Source: Cycas panzhihuaensis
Taxonomy: Eukaryota; Plantae; Cycadophyta
Assembly (NCBI GenBank): GCA_023213395.1
Contig: CM041465.1
Span: 191,959,741 to 192,023,740 of the forward strand
Direction of reading: 5' to 3'
DNA length: 64,000 nucleotides
Position numbers and translations under genes: made by a program. The notes under the pieces were generated by a model. It was not told where the DNA came from. It did no database searches and saw only the letters and a program-made list of their open reading frames with translations. Positions 11,922 to 24,915 of the stretch are shown here, in pieces. Position 1 is the stretch's first letter, and each line of letters opens with the position of its first letter.

Positions 11922-13327
11922 TGTTAAATTAATGTTCATATATGGACAAACTTAGGTAGGTGAGTCACTAGGAGTTACAAAGTCCTATATGGGATTTAAG
12001 ACATATGTTAGGATGATTATGGATTCTTTTGTCAATTGTTATCGATCTCACTTGTACATACACTTATATAGTATTATATTTTTACATTAGAGTGTATGGC
12101 TTCTTAGTGAATGCCAATTTAATTTGATAATAGACCAATTCTACTAGAAAACTTATGTCTATTATGTTAATTTGGTTCCATTTTTAATGATCTAACTTTT
12201 AGTTTCCAGGCAATATAGTTTTCAAAACCAAGCATTTTTTCAATGGTGGAACCCACTATGCCTCCTCCACTAGCCATTTTAAGCAAAACAAAAAACATCT
12301 AAAAAGTAACTAAAATAACATAACAATAAAATATAAAAGATGTTGGATGCTTCAGTCTACACACAAGTAGTTGTTGTTTGTGAATTTTCTTCCTTGATTT
12401 ACTCTCAGATAGATGAAATAAGTCAAAAAATACTTAATTTTTATTTTTCTTCAAAATTTGTATAAAAATATCACGTGACCACTACTAGATTATAGATCTC
12501 AAAAAAATGATACTCTAGTATATTCACCTGTCCAAAACAAACTTTGAATTGGTCAAAAATGCCCTAACACCCTATAGACTATGTAACTAGGGTTGACCGG
12601 TTGGGGGGCTCCATTGTGAACTCCAAATTTTATTAAATTTAATTTAATATCACTCTAACTTTGGAAACGTAAAAAATATATGTTAACCAAAATCCACATG
12701 GAATATTCTTTTAGAATATTCCCTCCAAAGATGGCAGGTAATGTTTCCTTTTCATAGAAAAACATATTTTTCAATGTCTAAATGGGTGTTACTTTAAGAT
12801 TTTTGTTGCTATTATTAATGATCAATGTTAAAGCCTATTAGATCTAACACCTTGCATGCTCACTCCATACCCAAGAATGCAATGATATTCATGCAAACAA
12901 TTAAAAATTCCTTTGTGAATTCATTAGCATGTGTTGGGTGGTTCTGTGAAGACTATGAGCTTCAATCTTAGATTTTGTAGCTCTTTCATTTAGGGTTTCT
13001 CTGTGTGAAGGATGGCAACATGAAGGACACTTCCTTCAATGTTGGACAGGGTTATTAAGGCATATTACATAGTATTTTCATTAGTTCTATATATTAATAG
13101 ATTATCATTCCTTTCCATTTGATCTCCATGAATGCACTATTTTCTCCTATATATAGGGCATTCCCATTCGTCATTCTCTATAGTCTTGAATGTTGTCTCC
13201 AAATAAAGGTGTTCGAATCTTCATGATGGCCCAAATCCAAGAAAGGGCATAACAAGATGTAGACATTGAGATTTGTAGCCCCCAAATGGGTGTTATTCTA
13301 GTGGTGTTTTAAGCTTAAAGCTCAACA
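11922..13327 (+). repeat. Putative Copia-A 3' LTR (right end uncertain)
   Basis: PPT-like TTAAGGAGAAA (11911-11921) followed by TGTTAA. TATA-like CCTATATATAGG near 13146. Candidate end CTCAACA at 13327. The partner LTR is outside the window. Confidence 0.45.
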
Positions 13328-13869
13328 AATTTCATGGCATTCAATCCACAATAAAAAACTAACATTTAATTGATTAAAATCAATGAAGTTTCATTTCTAT
13401 TTTTTCCTAGTATAAATACATAATTAATAAAACATACTCATCTGCTAACCTATAGCATTAAAATATAATAACAAACCCTAGATCAATACAATAAATAATA
13501 AAAAGTTAATGTTGCACCTAAAAACAAGCTCTCGTACTATGCAAGAAATCAAAACTAACATAGAGAAAACCTAAGTGGGTGGATTAACTTCTTCACCTAA
13601 TAAAAATTGATTTCACAAAATAAAAATAAATTTCATTCCATTAATTCCTCTAATTTTCCTTTATAATGCACAATATATGCTTTTATGCAAACCTATTTGG
13701 AATATTAATCCTAAAAGAATCAACATATGTGAGGCAAAAAGTATAAGCCCTAATGACTCACAAATTCACATATCATTAGAAAGCTAATAATTATTAAAAT
13801 ACAAAAATTAAAGGGGAGGCTAACAACCTAAGGTTATGAGCCACAATAAATATTAAATATCACTCCTTA

Positions 13870-14722
13870 CTTTCTCTCTTAAGTTGCTCCTATAATTTGT
13901 TAATTTACACATCCTTCTTTCATACTTCCTCTATCATTTACTCATTAATCTTCATAATATTTTCCACCTCTAATATTTTGTCCTTTTAAGTATTTTTCTA
14001 TTTTCTGGATTTATTATTGTTGTTGTCTCTGCTCTTTTAGAAGTTCATCTAACCATGCATTTATTTGCTAGATTTTATTTTTTGTGCTTCCCTCTCCTTA
14101 AGAAGTTCCCCCACTCCATTGTCTTAGTGATAGTCATGTTATAAGTATTTCAACAATAGTAGCCCTAATAACAATAATAGATGTTTGAACATTACTTTCA
14201 TCCCTTTTATTTCATATAATCATTTTTGGAGTGATTGTGCCAAGTACTCACTCCAATTAAGTGATATTTTCTCCTTCACCTCTTAGAGAATTGTTAGAAT
14301 TCCTACTAGATAATATATGAATTTCTTTTTTCCTGAGAACTGAGTAACATAAAATTTGGCCAACCATGGTAATTTTGGATCCAAGAGGTCATCAATCTTC
14401 ATGCCTCTAGTGAATGTGCATGGACCTGGTTTACATAATACATGGACAACCAGCTCTCTATCCACCTCAATCCTTTTATTTATAACTGACACCCTTTTAG
14501 AATGAAATAATTTAGTTATTCTCCAAATAAGATCCTTGGATAATTCTAGTATATTCATGTTTTTGGTGATCAAATCCATAAAACCTTTTGTTAATGTGTT
14601 GTCCTAATAGAGTGTTGATAACAACACATGTTATCTTAAACCAACACTAATGATGGTTTCTTTAAATTCATCAGTCATTTGTAAATATCCATTCTCTAAA
14701 TATTAGAGATCAGGTTCCCATA
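13870..14722 (-). pseudogene. Gypsy-B additional 3' ORF, homolog of the Gypsy-A aORF
   Basis: ORF 14283-14579 (DLIWRITKL...KIDDLLDPKLPWLAKFYVTQFSGKKKFIY) continues as ISLNWSEYLAQSL. Aligns with DIVHTITRL...KDIMDVRLQWVAK...FLSKRKYTY...LNWSEFLA. Confidence 0.75.
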
Positions 14723-15899
14723 ATTCTATCTCTAAATTACAAAAATTTCACAATGAAAATTCATGCAAACTACTTACCAATTTACCATAATACCTTTAAA
14801 TGCTTAAAGGAACACTTGTTGGAGTGTTTGCCATCATTGTTATCCTCCAAATTATTCCAATGAACCCTAAACTATTCAAATATATAATGATAGGGTTTCA
14901 CTTAAAAAATTAAAAAAATTTGCCTCAAATCTTACTCAAATTTCATTATGATGCTTCTGATTCTTTTCTCAAATGCTTATCACTCCACAATTTCTTAAAA
15001 CTTTGATAAAATTCAATTGAAAATGAATTTATAGCTTGGAACATTTTAATTTTTTTCACCAAACTATTCCTTGAGCCATTTCTCAATGGAATGCTTTCAT
15101 GTAAAGCACTCAAGCCATTTTATAGGATGTTATTGGGGATGCTTCCTAAAAAGTAACTTGTATTTAAAACTTTTTGTTGGCATTTTAACTTTTTACTTTT
15201 ATGCTATTGTTTAAGGATTTTATAGGTCTTCGTAGAGATTCTTCTTAGTGTTGTTAAGTGGTTAATGTTGAGTTATGCATTTTTCTTTTATATTTTCTAT
15301 TTCTTTTTATTTTTGTATTTCTATTTTTAATGTATCAAAATTTTCTTGATAACATGATAACCTTGATTGTCCTTAATTTCAAGCAATACATTCATGGTAC
15401 AATCGACCAATTCCTCTGGCGATTTTTTATTGACTCTAATGATAGTCGGGTTTTAATTTACTATTATTTACCAATTTTAGCAACTATTGTCCATCTGGTT
15501 CTCTCAATTAAACTAGCCCATTATCAAATAACTATTAGATCACATATAGGCCTAACTAGCATATTTTTTATTTTTCTAGATGAGTCTTGAATTTTCCATC
15601 ATATAATAAAACATTATCACCTTCCTTAAATTGTTGTGATCGTAGGTGGCAGTTGTGCCACACTTTTTGTTAATTTTTTTTTTTTTTAATAACTTGTATC
15701 TAATTAACCATTTATCTTATTTCTTCTAATTTGATTAATTACAATAGCCATTTCTTAAGAGATTCCTCATCTCTTAGGTTGCATACATGGGCTATGAAAA
15801 TGTTTGGTGTCTCAAACTCATAAGAAATAATAACCTCTAATCCATAAACCAAATAAATATAAAAATAAAGTATAAGCAAAGAAGAACTTTGATAATATT

Positions 15900-18524
15900 T
15901 ATTAGAAATAAATACCCAATACAAGTAGAGGATCATAGAAGAACATGAGATATTAAAGATATATATGTGAACAAATAAAAAATAATATGTATAAACATAT
16001 AACACAAGCTACTTATGAGAAATGACCACTTTCAATTACAATATGTCAAGCTAATACATATTTATAGTATATATCGACTTTTGGTTATCTAATCATATTT
16101 CATAAGACGCTTGGTTAACCAATGATTGATTACAGAAAGAAGTGTATGCACCATGACTCCTTAGTGCACATCAACATGGTAATTACATCAATTTAGTATT
16201 TCTATGAATTAACATCACCCCCTTAATATCTAATTCATGTCACATAATTGCTTCAAATATGATGTTAGGTCCATATAAAAGCTAAACATCTACTGAAGCA
16301 CATGGATAACCAGTTGTTGTACCTATCAATCCTCTATAATAGCTTTTCCATACATAGTTCACCAATATTTATCTGTTAAGCAACCTTCACTTGCTCCCAT
16401 TTTGCTTGTTTTTGGTTCTCCTAGTTAAACACATGCCTGTAAGAGAAAAAGTTGAAAACCCTAAGCCCCATCCACTACACCATGGAACAAACTTGCTAAA
16501 ATGGTTATCCAAGTAGAAATATATGATAAAACACCTCTTTTTTTAAGTGCAAGCTCTATTTTAATACCATGTTAAACTAATGTCTAAATTTCACACCATG
16601 AAGATTGCACTAAAAAATCTTCAAACCATATCGCGTAATCACTCGTTGGAAATTCTCATGAGTTAACTTTGTAACGTAATTGATGACACTCAATTCTGAT
16701 GGTATACAAGGGGGGTATCGCAGTTTTCATATACATAGGTATTCTTTTTGGTGAAAAGAAGTGAAAAAATAAATAAAAATTAATGACTTTTATGTTTGGT
16801 CCCTAGTTGTATCAAAACACCCATCTGACCTGATGGGGGGCTTTGCAAACTTCAAAACACTTCATAAATTGATTTAATTTAATTTCATAAAGTTTATAAT
16901 TTTAAAACATAAAAAATAATTTTTTTAGCCATCATTTTTTAACGTAGACATGTGCATGGATGTGGAGCTTTTGATGACCCCCACATATAAATTTTCCACT
17001 AATTTTTTATCCAAATGCCTCAGAGACGTATTTTTGGATGTTAGAAATTGAACAATGTCACATTTTACCAAAAACACACCCAACATTGAGTTTTGTTTGT
17101 TGGGAGGCACCCAATCACTCATGAAGTCACACAAACTTAATAGTAATCTACCCAATATGTAATAGAGCCACCCAACCTATGAATATAATATTAATTCATC
17201 TTTATAGGCTGCCAACTTAGTGATTTATCATCTATAGATATTTTAAAATCCAATCATAAATAAAACATGGGAAAAAGAATGATGTAATTCATCATCAGAA
17301 CTATACAAACCCTTGATTTTTCCTTAACATACTACCATAGCTCTCATAACAACTTGCATACATTGTTTATGTCTCAGATCTCTCATTTTTTCATCACAAA
17401 CCCCATCTATCTTTACTCCAAATTAGAAATAAGGGAGTACACCATAATTTATGAGAGATATATTAAACAAATTAGCCACAGATTATCATCATCAAATAAC
17501 AATCAATAACCCCCAACAAACCTATAAACCTTTGTTGCACACACAACTATCTAATAATTTCTTCATATGAATAGGTTCTTTGACGATTAGAAAGATTTGT
17601 TTCAAAGAACCAACCATGCTAGTATCTTCACATGAGCCAACGAACCATCTATTGCTCCAAACCATGCCACAACACCCTCCTTATCAATCATGATCACTTC
17701 ATCATATGATAGAGGAAACAATGGCCTACCCCCCACATCATTGGCTTTAACAGTGTGATTAGGCTTATATCTAAGGTCCCCCTCTCATACTCACATGTAA
17801 GACTTACATGTGTATTGGCAAAACATGCACATAAATAGTTTAAAACCAAATAAAAACATGTGATAAACCTCTATGAGATTTGAGATAATTGCAACACCCA
17901 TGCTCTGACTAGATTTTTACGTGTAAATGCCAACATACTTTAGGCTCATGACACCAACATGCTCCAAGTGGCCTACAAAATGCTATTTAAAATCATCCAT
18001 AACCTGTATAAAACATCACTAGATAAATAAGTAGACTACCACCTCACTGATCACAAATAGGCATACTTAAAACAAGTTTAGGATAAACCCTTAATAGGTT
18101 GACATACTCATAGTCTTACAACCTAATTGGGGTTAAAACTAGCTTAAATTAGGGCTCCAATACTAAATGTGAAAATAGGATATGAGTAAAAAATGGCTCA
18201 GATACCACTTGTTAGAAACAAATACCCAATACAAGTCCAAGATCATATAAGACTATGAAATATTCAAGACATAAAGGTGAACAAATAAGGAATAATATGT
18301 ATAAACGTATAACATAAGATACTTATGGGAAAGGATTACTTTTAATTGTATTGCATCAAACCAATACATACTTCTAGTATATATCACTACATAGTTGTCC
18401 AATCACAATCTAGGAGCGATTTGATCAACTAATGATGGATTACATAAAGAAGTGTGCACACTATGACCTCCTAGTACACATTAAAAGGGTGATTATATTA
18501 ATATAATATTCTTGTGGATTAATA
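15900..18524 (-). mobile_element. Small non-autonomous LTR element (TRIM/LARD-like) inserted in the Gypsy-B integrase
   Basis: ~315-bp direct repeats at 15900-16214 and 18210-18524. PBS TGGTATCTGAGCC (minus, 18195-18207, tRNA-iMet type). PPT TTAAGGGGGTGA (minus, ~16215-16226). No recognisable coding; TSD not clear. Confidence 0.8.
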
Positions 18525-18534
18525 TTACCTAACA

Positions 18535-21500
18535 ACGTAAAGGTATTTACTCTATAGGTCTCTTGTACATGGTGTAAAATGTCTATAATATAAAGGGTGA
18601 CATTTTTGTCCAATTTGACCTACCAATATCGTAGATTTTGCATAAGCAATTTCCATACTCTTATTAGAACTCTCTGCTTGCTCATTTTCCCTTGGATAAT
18701 ATGGAGTTGATTTATGATGGTTGATCATAAAGGCCGTTAGAAGTTCTTGTATAACTGTACTAAGAGAGTGGGAACCTTGATCACTTACTAATTATAATAG
18801 GTAATTAAATCTCATGATGATTACTTTATCTAGGAATTGAGTTGTGCTCTAAGTATCAACATTTTTTAGTGGTTATGCTTCAACCCATTTTGTAGTGTAA
18901 TTAATAGCAACAAATATATAACATGTTTGGGATCTCCTGGCCATGAGACATTTGGAGCCAACAATGTCTATCCCTAATTTCTCAAAAGGGGTTTCCGGTA
19001 GGATTGGGTTAAGAGGTTGGAAGTCTTAGCAGCAAGGTTTTCCTACATATTAGCAATAGTCACACTTTCTCACCTAATTTTATATATCATTAAATAACAT
19101 GGGCCACCATTGTCTGATATTCAGTATCCTTTGGCATGTTACTTCTCTACTAACATGTCCACCAATAATACCTTGATGTGTTTGCAATATGATTTTCTCA
19201 ATTTTATATGATGTTATATACCTTCATAGCATATCATCAAGGCTAAGATGATATAACTCTCCATGATTTAGTTGGTAAGATTATGCCTTCCTTACCAAAA
19301 AGTCATTTTTTCCCTTTATCTAGCTCTAGTGGCAATTTCCTAGGCAATAAATCCTCATAGATACCCTCATACTATTATGTCATGGCTACTTCAACTTTGA
19401 ATAAGTTGGCATCTACAAAGTCATTGAGAATTCTAGTTGCTTTCTCACTATTGTTAAATCTTGACAACTAATTGGACATAATATGCATTTTGCCTAGTTT
19501 AACAACATTTTTAAATAAAGTGCTTAGAATCACATCAATCATCTACTGACTCTTTCCATTAATAATGGTTTGTTGATAAGATATAATAGGGTTTGATGAT
19601 CTACATAAAATGCAAATGGGTTTAATAATAAATAGTGGCAAATGTTTTATAACACATAGACCATCCTAAAACTTTCTCTTTTTATTATTATATAATTATG
19701 TTTTACCCTTGTTAACTTCCTATTAATGAATGTAATTGGATGATTGATATTTTTCTGACTAGGTTATGTAAAGAAATAACTAATTACAAACTATGAGGCA
19801 TTAACATGTACATGAAACATTTTGTTCCAATTGAGAAATTGTAAGATTGGTGTTGTTGCAAGTACTCTTGAGAGAGCTCTAAATGTAATTTGTTACTCAC
19901 TTTCCTATTCCCATTCTATATCTTTGTTTAGTAACCCTTCTAAGGGTTTGGAGATGTAAGCGTAGCCTTTGATAAATCTTTAGTAATATCTTGCTAACCT
20001 TAGAAATCCTTTTAATTATTTTCTAGTTAGGGGAATAGGAAAGTTCAATATTGTAGATATTTTGGTGGGATTAGTTAGTAATCCCCCTTTATTAGCAATA
20101 TAACCCAAGAGATTTCCAAAAGGCATCAAGAAAGCACATTTCTCTAAATTTAAACATAGTTTATTCTCATGATACATTTGTAATATCTCTCTAACATTTT
20201 CAATATGATTCTTAATCATTCCATATAAAATTCAATTATCCATAGATATAATTACCTTCTCTCCAATCATTTTATGCGAGATATTGAGAATTATTCATTG
20301 GAAGTTGGTTAAGGCATTCGTCAATCTAAAGGGCATGACCCTATAAGTATATGTGCCCCATTTAGTCACAAATGTTGTTTTAGGTTAGTCTTTCAATGTA
20401 ATCATCGCTTGCTTGTATCTATTGAACCCATCTATAAAGGAACATATCTCATTTCCCCCTATAATCTTCAAAACATCTATTGTAAAAAGGATGGAAAAGG
20501 GATCTTTCTTTGTCACTTTATTCAATTGTTAATAATTAATACATATCCTTACTTTTCCATTTTTCATAGGTACAACTACTACTGGCTAACCTAATCACTA
20601 TATTCAACTTTATAAATATGACCTACTTCCAACATCTTATTAATTTCTACTTTGAACTTCTCTTTATACTTTAGCTTCATATGATAAAGTCTTTGCTTTA
20701 TTAGTTTTTCCCTTTTAATTAATTTGATATGGTGTATTCTTATCTTTGGTAGCCCTTAAGATTTTTATATGACCATACAAAAATACTTTTAAACTCCTTA
20801 AAGAGTGCTTGTGTCTACCTTACATTCATCCTAGTAATCTTTGATCGTTATGCTTCTCAAACTATTTTAATCTCCAATATTCAACTTTTTTATTTTGAAG
20901 TTCTAAAATTAAACTTGGTTTTCCTTGTTTATCTAATGACTAGGTGTGTTTTTAATGCTTTGATCTTCATAATTCAATTTTAAATATATTAGGGGGGGAA
21001 TTGTGAGTTTCTTCGTCCTCTTTATTATCTTTATTTACCTCCTCTTTATGACTTATTGGTATAACTAATAGTCTTTACCTAATAACCAATTTTATCCTAT
21101 TTTACTTAATATATAATAAAATAAATGACTCTAATCTTTTCTAAGTATACTTTAGGATTTCAAAAAGGTTTTACACTTCCTAAGATAATTCCATGGGCAG
21201 TCACCTGCTAAGAATATAGGTATGCTTCCTAAAGCTTTGGTATTTAAACAAGGCTAAAAAGCATATTGTAACTCAACCTTAACTAGCTTTAAAATGTATA
21301 TTAGTAGACCACATTCCACCACCAAGCTAGTCCCTAGAGAGTCATTACGAAGTTTACTTCCCAATGACTGTAGTTTTATACTTGGTACTCCATCCAATAT
21401 TCCATGCATTATATGAAGTGGTTTGTTTCATTATCTTCCCTTCAAAGGAATAGAGAATGTCCCTAATGGTAATAAACCTTAAATTTATATCATTGTCAAG

Positions 21501-23402
21501 TGTGTTGATCCTACTATAAAAGGGTGGAGTCCTCCAAGCTAGAGCCTTCTTCTAAATTAACCCTGGTAGAGAATAACAAGGTACTATGGGTGGTTTCCAT
21601 CAAAAAGATGCAAGGGGAGATACGATTACTAGCCTTAGGGAAGGGTAGGAAAGTATCAGGGTTGGAGACCCTAGGGGAAGATGGAGGGGATTAAAGCAAG
21701 ACTAGACTTTTCCCAACACCTAATTTAGGGAATAATAAAGGGCTAAGGTTTGAGATAAAACCATTATTAGTTTCACTATGAGAGTATTAGGATTTGATCT
21801 AGGAATATGACTACTAAATAAATTCTCTTGAATAGTTAAATTTTCAACAAACTCAAAATTTTATTCATTTATAATAGAATTTAATCCGTAACTATCTATT
21901 TTATTTTCCCTTTCTTATCTTTTTACCATTTCTAGGTTTCTGCTTAGAGAATCAATGTCTTCAATACTAACTATGCTATTTAAACTAAGGCTAATAATAT
22001 TATCATTATTTACTACATTCAAATAAGTAATATTGTCATCATTTGTTATATTGGCATAGTCATAGGTCTTGGACAACAAAGTATATCAGAAAGAGAGGTT
22101 GGGAACCTTGTATAACCCTTCAACCATTTCCCTAAAAGGTTCTTGGTCTCTTCTCCATCAAAGTTTAACTCTAGGTCTAGTTCATCTAAGCCATTTAGCT
22201 CATCTTCATATTAATTATTCATAGTCATTATCTTTTCCATCATTATATACACATTTATTTCATTGAGAGATAAGGTTGTACTTTGGCTAGCAATTGTAGT
22301 ACTCAAAGCATCACCTAGAATTGCTTCAATTATATTCTTTTATTTTCTTAGCATAAATGGAGTCACTCCCTTCTCATTCTAAAATAATGTGAATGTTTAA
22401 GTTTTCTAATTTTGTAAGTATTATGTTTCATATAACCATGATTGTCTAAGCAAACATGGGTAATGAATCATCCCTTCTATCATTTTTAATATTGCAAATG
22501 CCATTGGCACTATACGCCTTCTACATTCACCTTGACATCTAACACCTTCCTTAGGGGTTAGATCTAGGTTTCATTGGCTAAATTTAGTGAGTATACCACA
22601 AGTAGCATGCTTAGGCTCCCCAAGCATTTCCATGTTTGCACATGTAATAAATTCATTATTGTACTATCATCAATGATCACATTGTCAAAAGTCTCTCTCA
22701 ATGCCATTATGGTTACTTTCGAATCTTCATTAAATAATGGTAAAACCTCATTTATACTTTAAATGTTTCCTTTGGAATTTTTTACTCGCAACAATCTTAA
22801 TTTGATCCACATTATCACTTGTGTCAGTAGAATTATTAATTATAATTATTTCACCAAATTCTCTATTAATACCAACATTTTAGGTATGTCATCCATTAGT
22901 ATATTCTAACATAATTAGTCATATTATATCATAGGCACTTGTATGGTTAATGCAACTTCTTTGTCTTTTTGTACTCCCCTTCTCTGATATACATTCTCTA
23001 TCTTGGGTTATGGTAATTGTGGTCTATTCACTTTAGATTCCTTCATTGCTTGTTCCAATACCACCTTTTCCATTATAAAGTGATCAATCTCTACTTGCAG
23101 ATCAAGGTAATCTAATTTTTATTCTTTTTGTTAGGTTTGCAAACTGCTTCTTGTTTGACAATTTAATGATTTGGGCATATTTGGTATTACCATTGTAAAA
23201 TTAGTAAGTCTTGTATTAAATGGATAATGCTTTGTTCCCTAATTACATGGTCCATATTTAGGACATGTGCATGTGATTATTGCCATATTTCTCATAAGGA
23301 CAATTTGATCTCCAATGTTCACTCTTGAAACAAAATAAGCACTTGCCCATTGGACCCTTCCTTTTTGATATTTCTATCCTTTTTATAGTTGCTTTAGTAT
23401 TA
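18535..23402 (-). pseudogene. Gypsy-B gag C-terminus, protease, extra Gag-like modules, RT, RNase H, integrase
   Basis: ORF 20016-20219 (LCLNLEKCAFLMPFGNLLGY), YTTKWVEA, VSDQGSHS, STPYYPRENEQAESSN. HFI*CMEYWME...FVMTL*GLAWWW at ~21310-21430. Confidence 0.85.
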
Positions 23403-24861
23403 TAAAAGAGATTAATGTTATAAGATCATTAATGAATAACTAAAGTGACTATAGGAATAGAGTTAGTGAAAGTCACTTAAATAAATTGCATTTCATGTGC
23501 ATTTGAATGTAATTTCGGGTTCATGTCACTTGGAGGGAAAACTCTTAACTCTCAATTATAAATAACAAAATTATATGGAGTGGAATAATTTTATTCTCAC
23601 CTCTAACTTTGCTCTTTATTCTTGCTCTCTTCATTCTTTATTCTTCTTTGCCAATGTGTGAGTGTGAGTGATTTGAGCACTAGACCCATATTACCCCCTC
23701 CTTCATGTGGTATCAAAGCCATGGGAGATCTTCTCACTTCATTCCACTAGCAAGGAATGACTTTTTGCCTCTCTTTCACTTTCCATGTGAAGTATAGAGA
23801 TTACATTTATATTTTAAATTTAAGGGAGATTTTTCATTTGATTTGCATTTCCAAAATATATTTATATCCTCTATTCATATGCAGCTTTTATGAGGATCAA
23901 ATCTACTCCTTAGAAGTAGTCTATCTGGCTTTAAAAATCTTTTGTATGAACTTTTTGAGTCTATAAGGAGAGATTCTAATGAAGTTTTTTCAAAAATCTG
24001 ACAGCCAGAAGGTGAGATGATGTAGTAAAGTTATTGGAGCAAAGTCTGACTACTTGCAGGTTGTAGAACAGTGATACAATAGTCATAGTGCTGACTGATT
24101 AGGCTATCGAAAGCCTCCAAATTATAGAAGTATGGTCGTTCCCTCGAGAAACATAAAAAAAATAAAATAAAAGTTACCAGAATTAACTAAAAATTTGTAG
24201 GGAGGGTCAACCAACCATGTGGAGCATTTTTGTCTTCTGGGTCGATCTCTAATTTGGCCCCAAAAGCCTCCAAATCACAGTAGTATGACTATAGTCCCAA
24301 TTGAGGGTTTTTTGAGAAATTATTTGAATCTTATAACTTTCAGTCAAAATTTCTTAAGGGGTTCAGTAGATTTTCACATCAGAAATCAATTGAATCTAGT
24401 TTCATTAAATTTCATTGAGTATTTTTGAAGATATCAGTGAAAAATTAGTTTTATCCCTAAGAGGTTTCATAGGAGTTTCAGTGAGTTTCGAGTCATTTCG
24501 AATGAGTTTTAAGTAATGCTTCTTTAGCAAAAGTTGAACGTTTGAACTTGATCTATCATTTAGTATGGTGAAGTTTTGAGCCGAAATGTTTCAGCCATTT
24601 CGTATGGTTGTACGACCATACAAGAGTTTTTGTTACCATATTTAGGATTCTTACATCATTACTAACATTTTCTCTTTTGGCTAAAATTTAGTTTTTGTAA
24701 AACATTTTAGAGTTTTTGCCTTTTTTCCCCTTTCTTCATAAAAATTACAAAGAAAAAAAAAGGGTTTTCATATATTTTTCAAAAATTTTTAAGCAAAAAC
24801 TCATTGTAACAGTAAAACACTTAGATCGAAGCAATATCCTATGTTTTTACTTAGCATCTTG

Positions 24862-24915
24862 CATGATTCTTATATTGACATACTCATTCATGATTCTTAT
24901 ATTGACATACTCATT
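24862..24915. repeat. Perfect 27-bp tandem duplication
   Basis: CATGATTCTTATATTGACATACTCATT x2. Confidence 0.9.

Noticed and set aside
12471-12612. CACGTGACC and GGGGGGCT as another dyad copy (also ~16820-16842)
   Set aside because: Spacing and symmetric partner arms do not match the D/E/F motif.
13330-13860. Possible Gypsy-B 3' LTR or solo LTR
   Set aside because: No convincing similarity to the LTR at 41661 and no matching TSD found.
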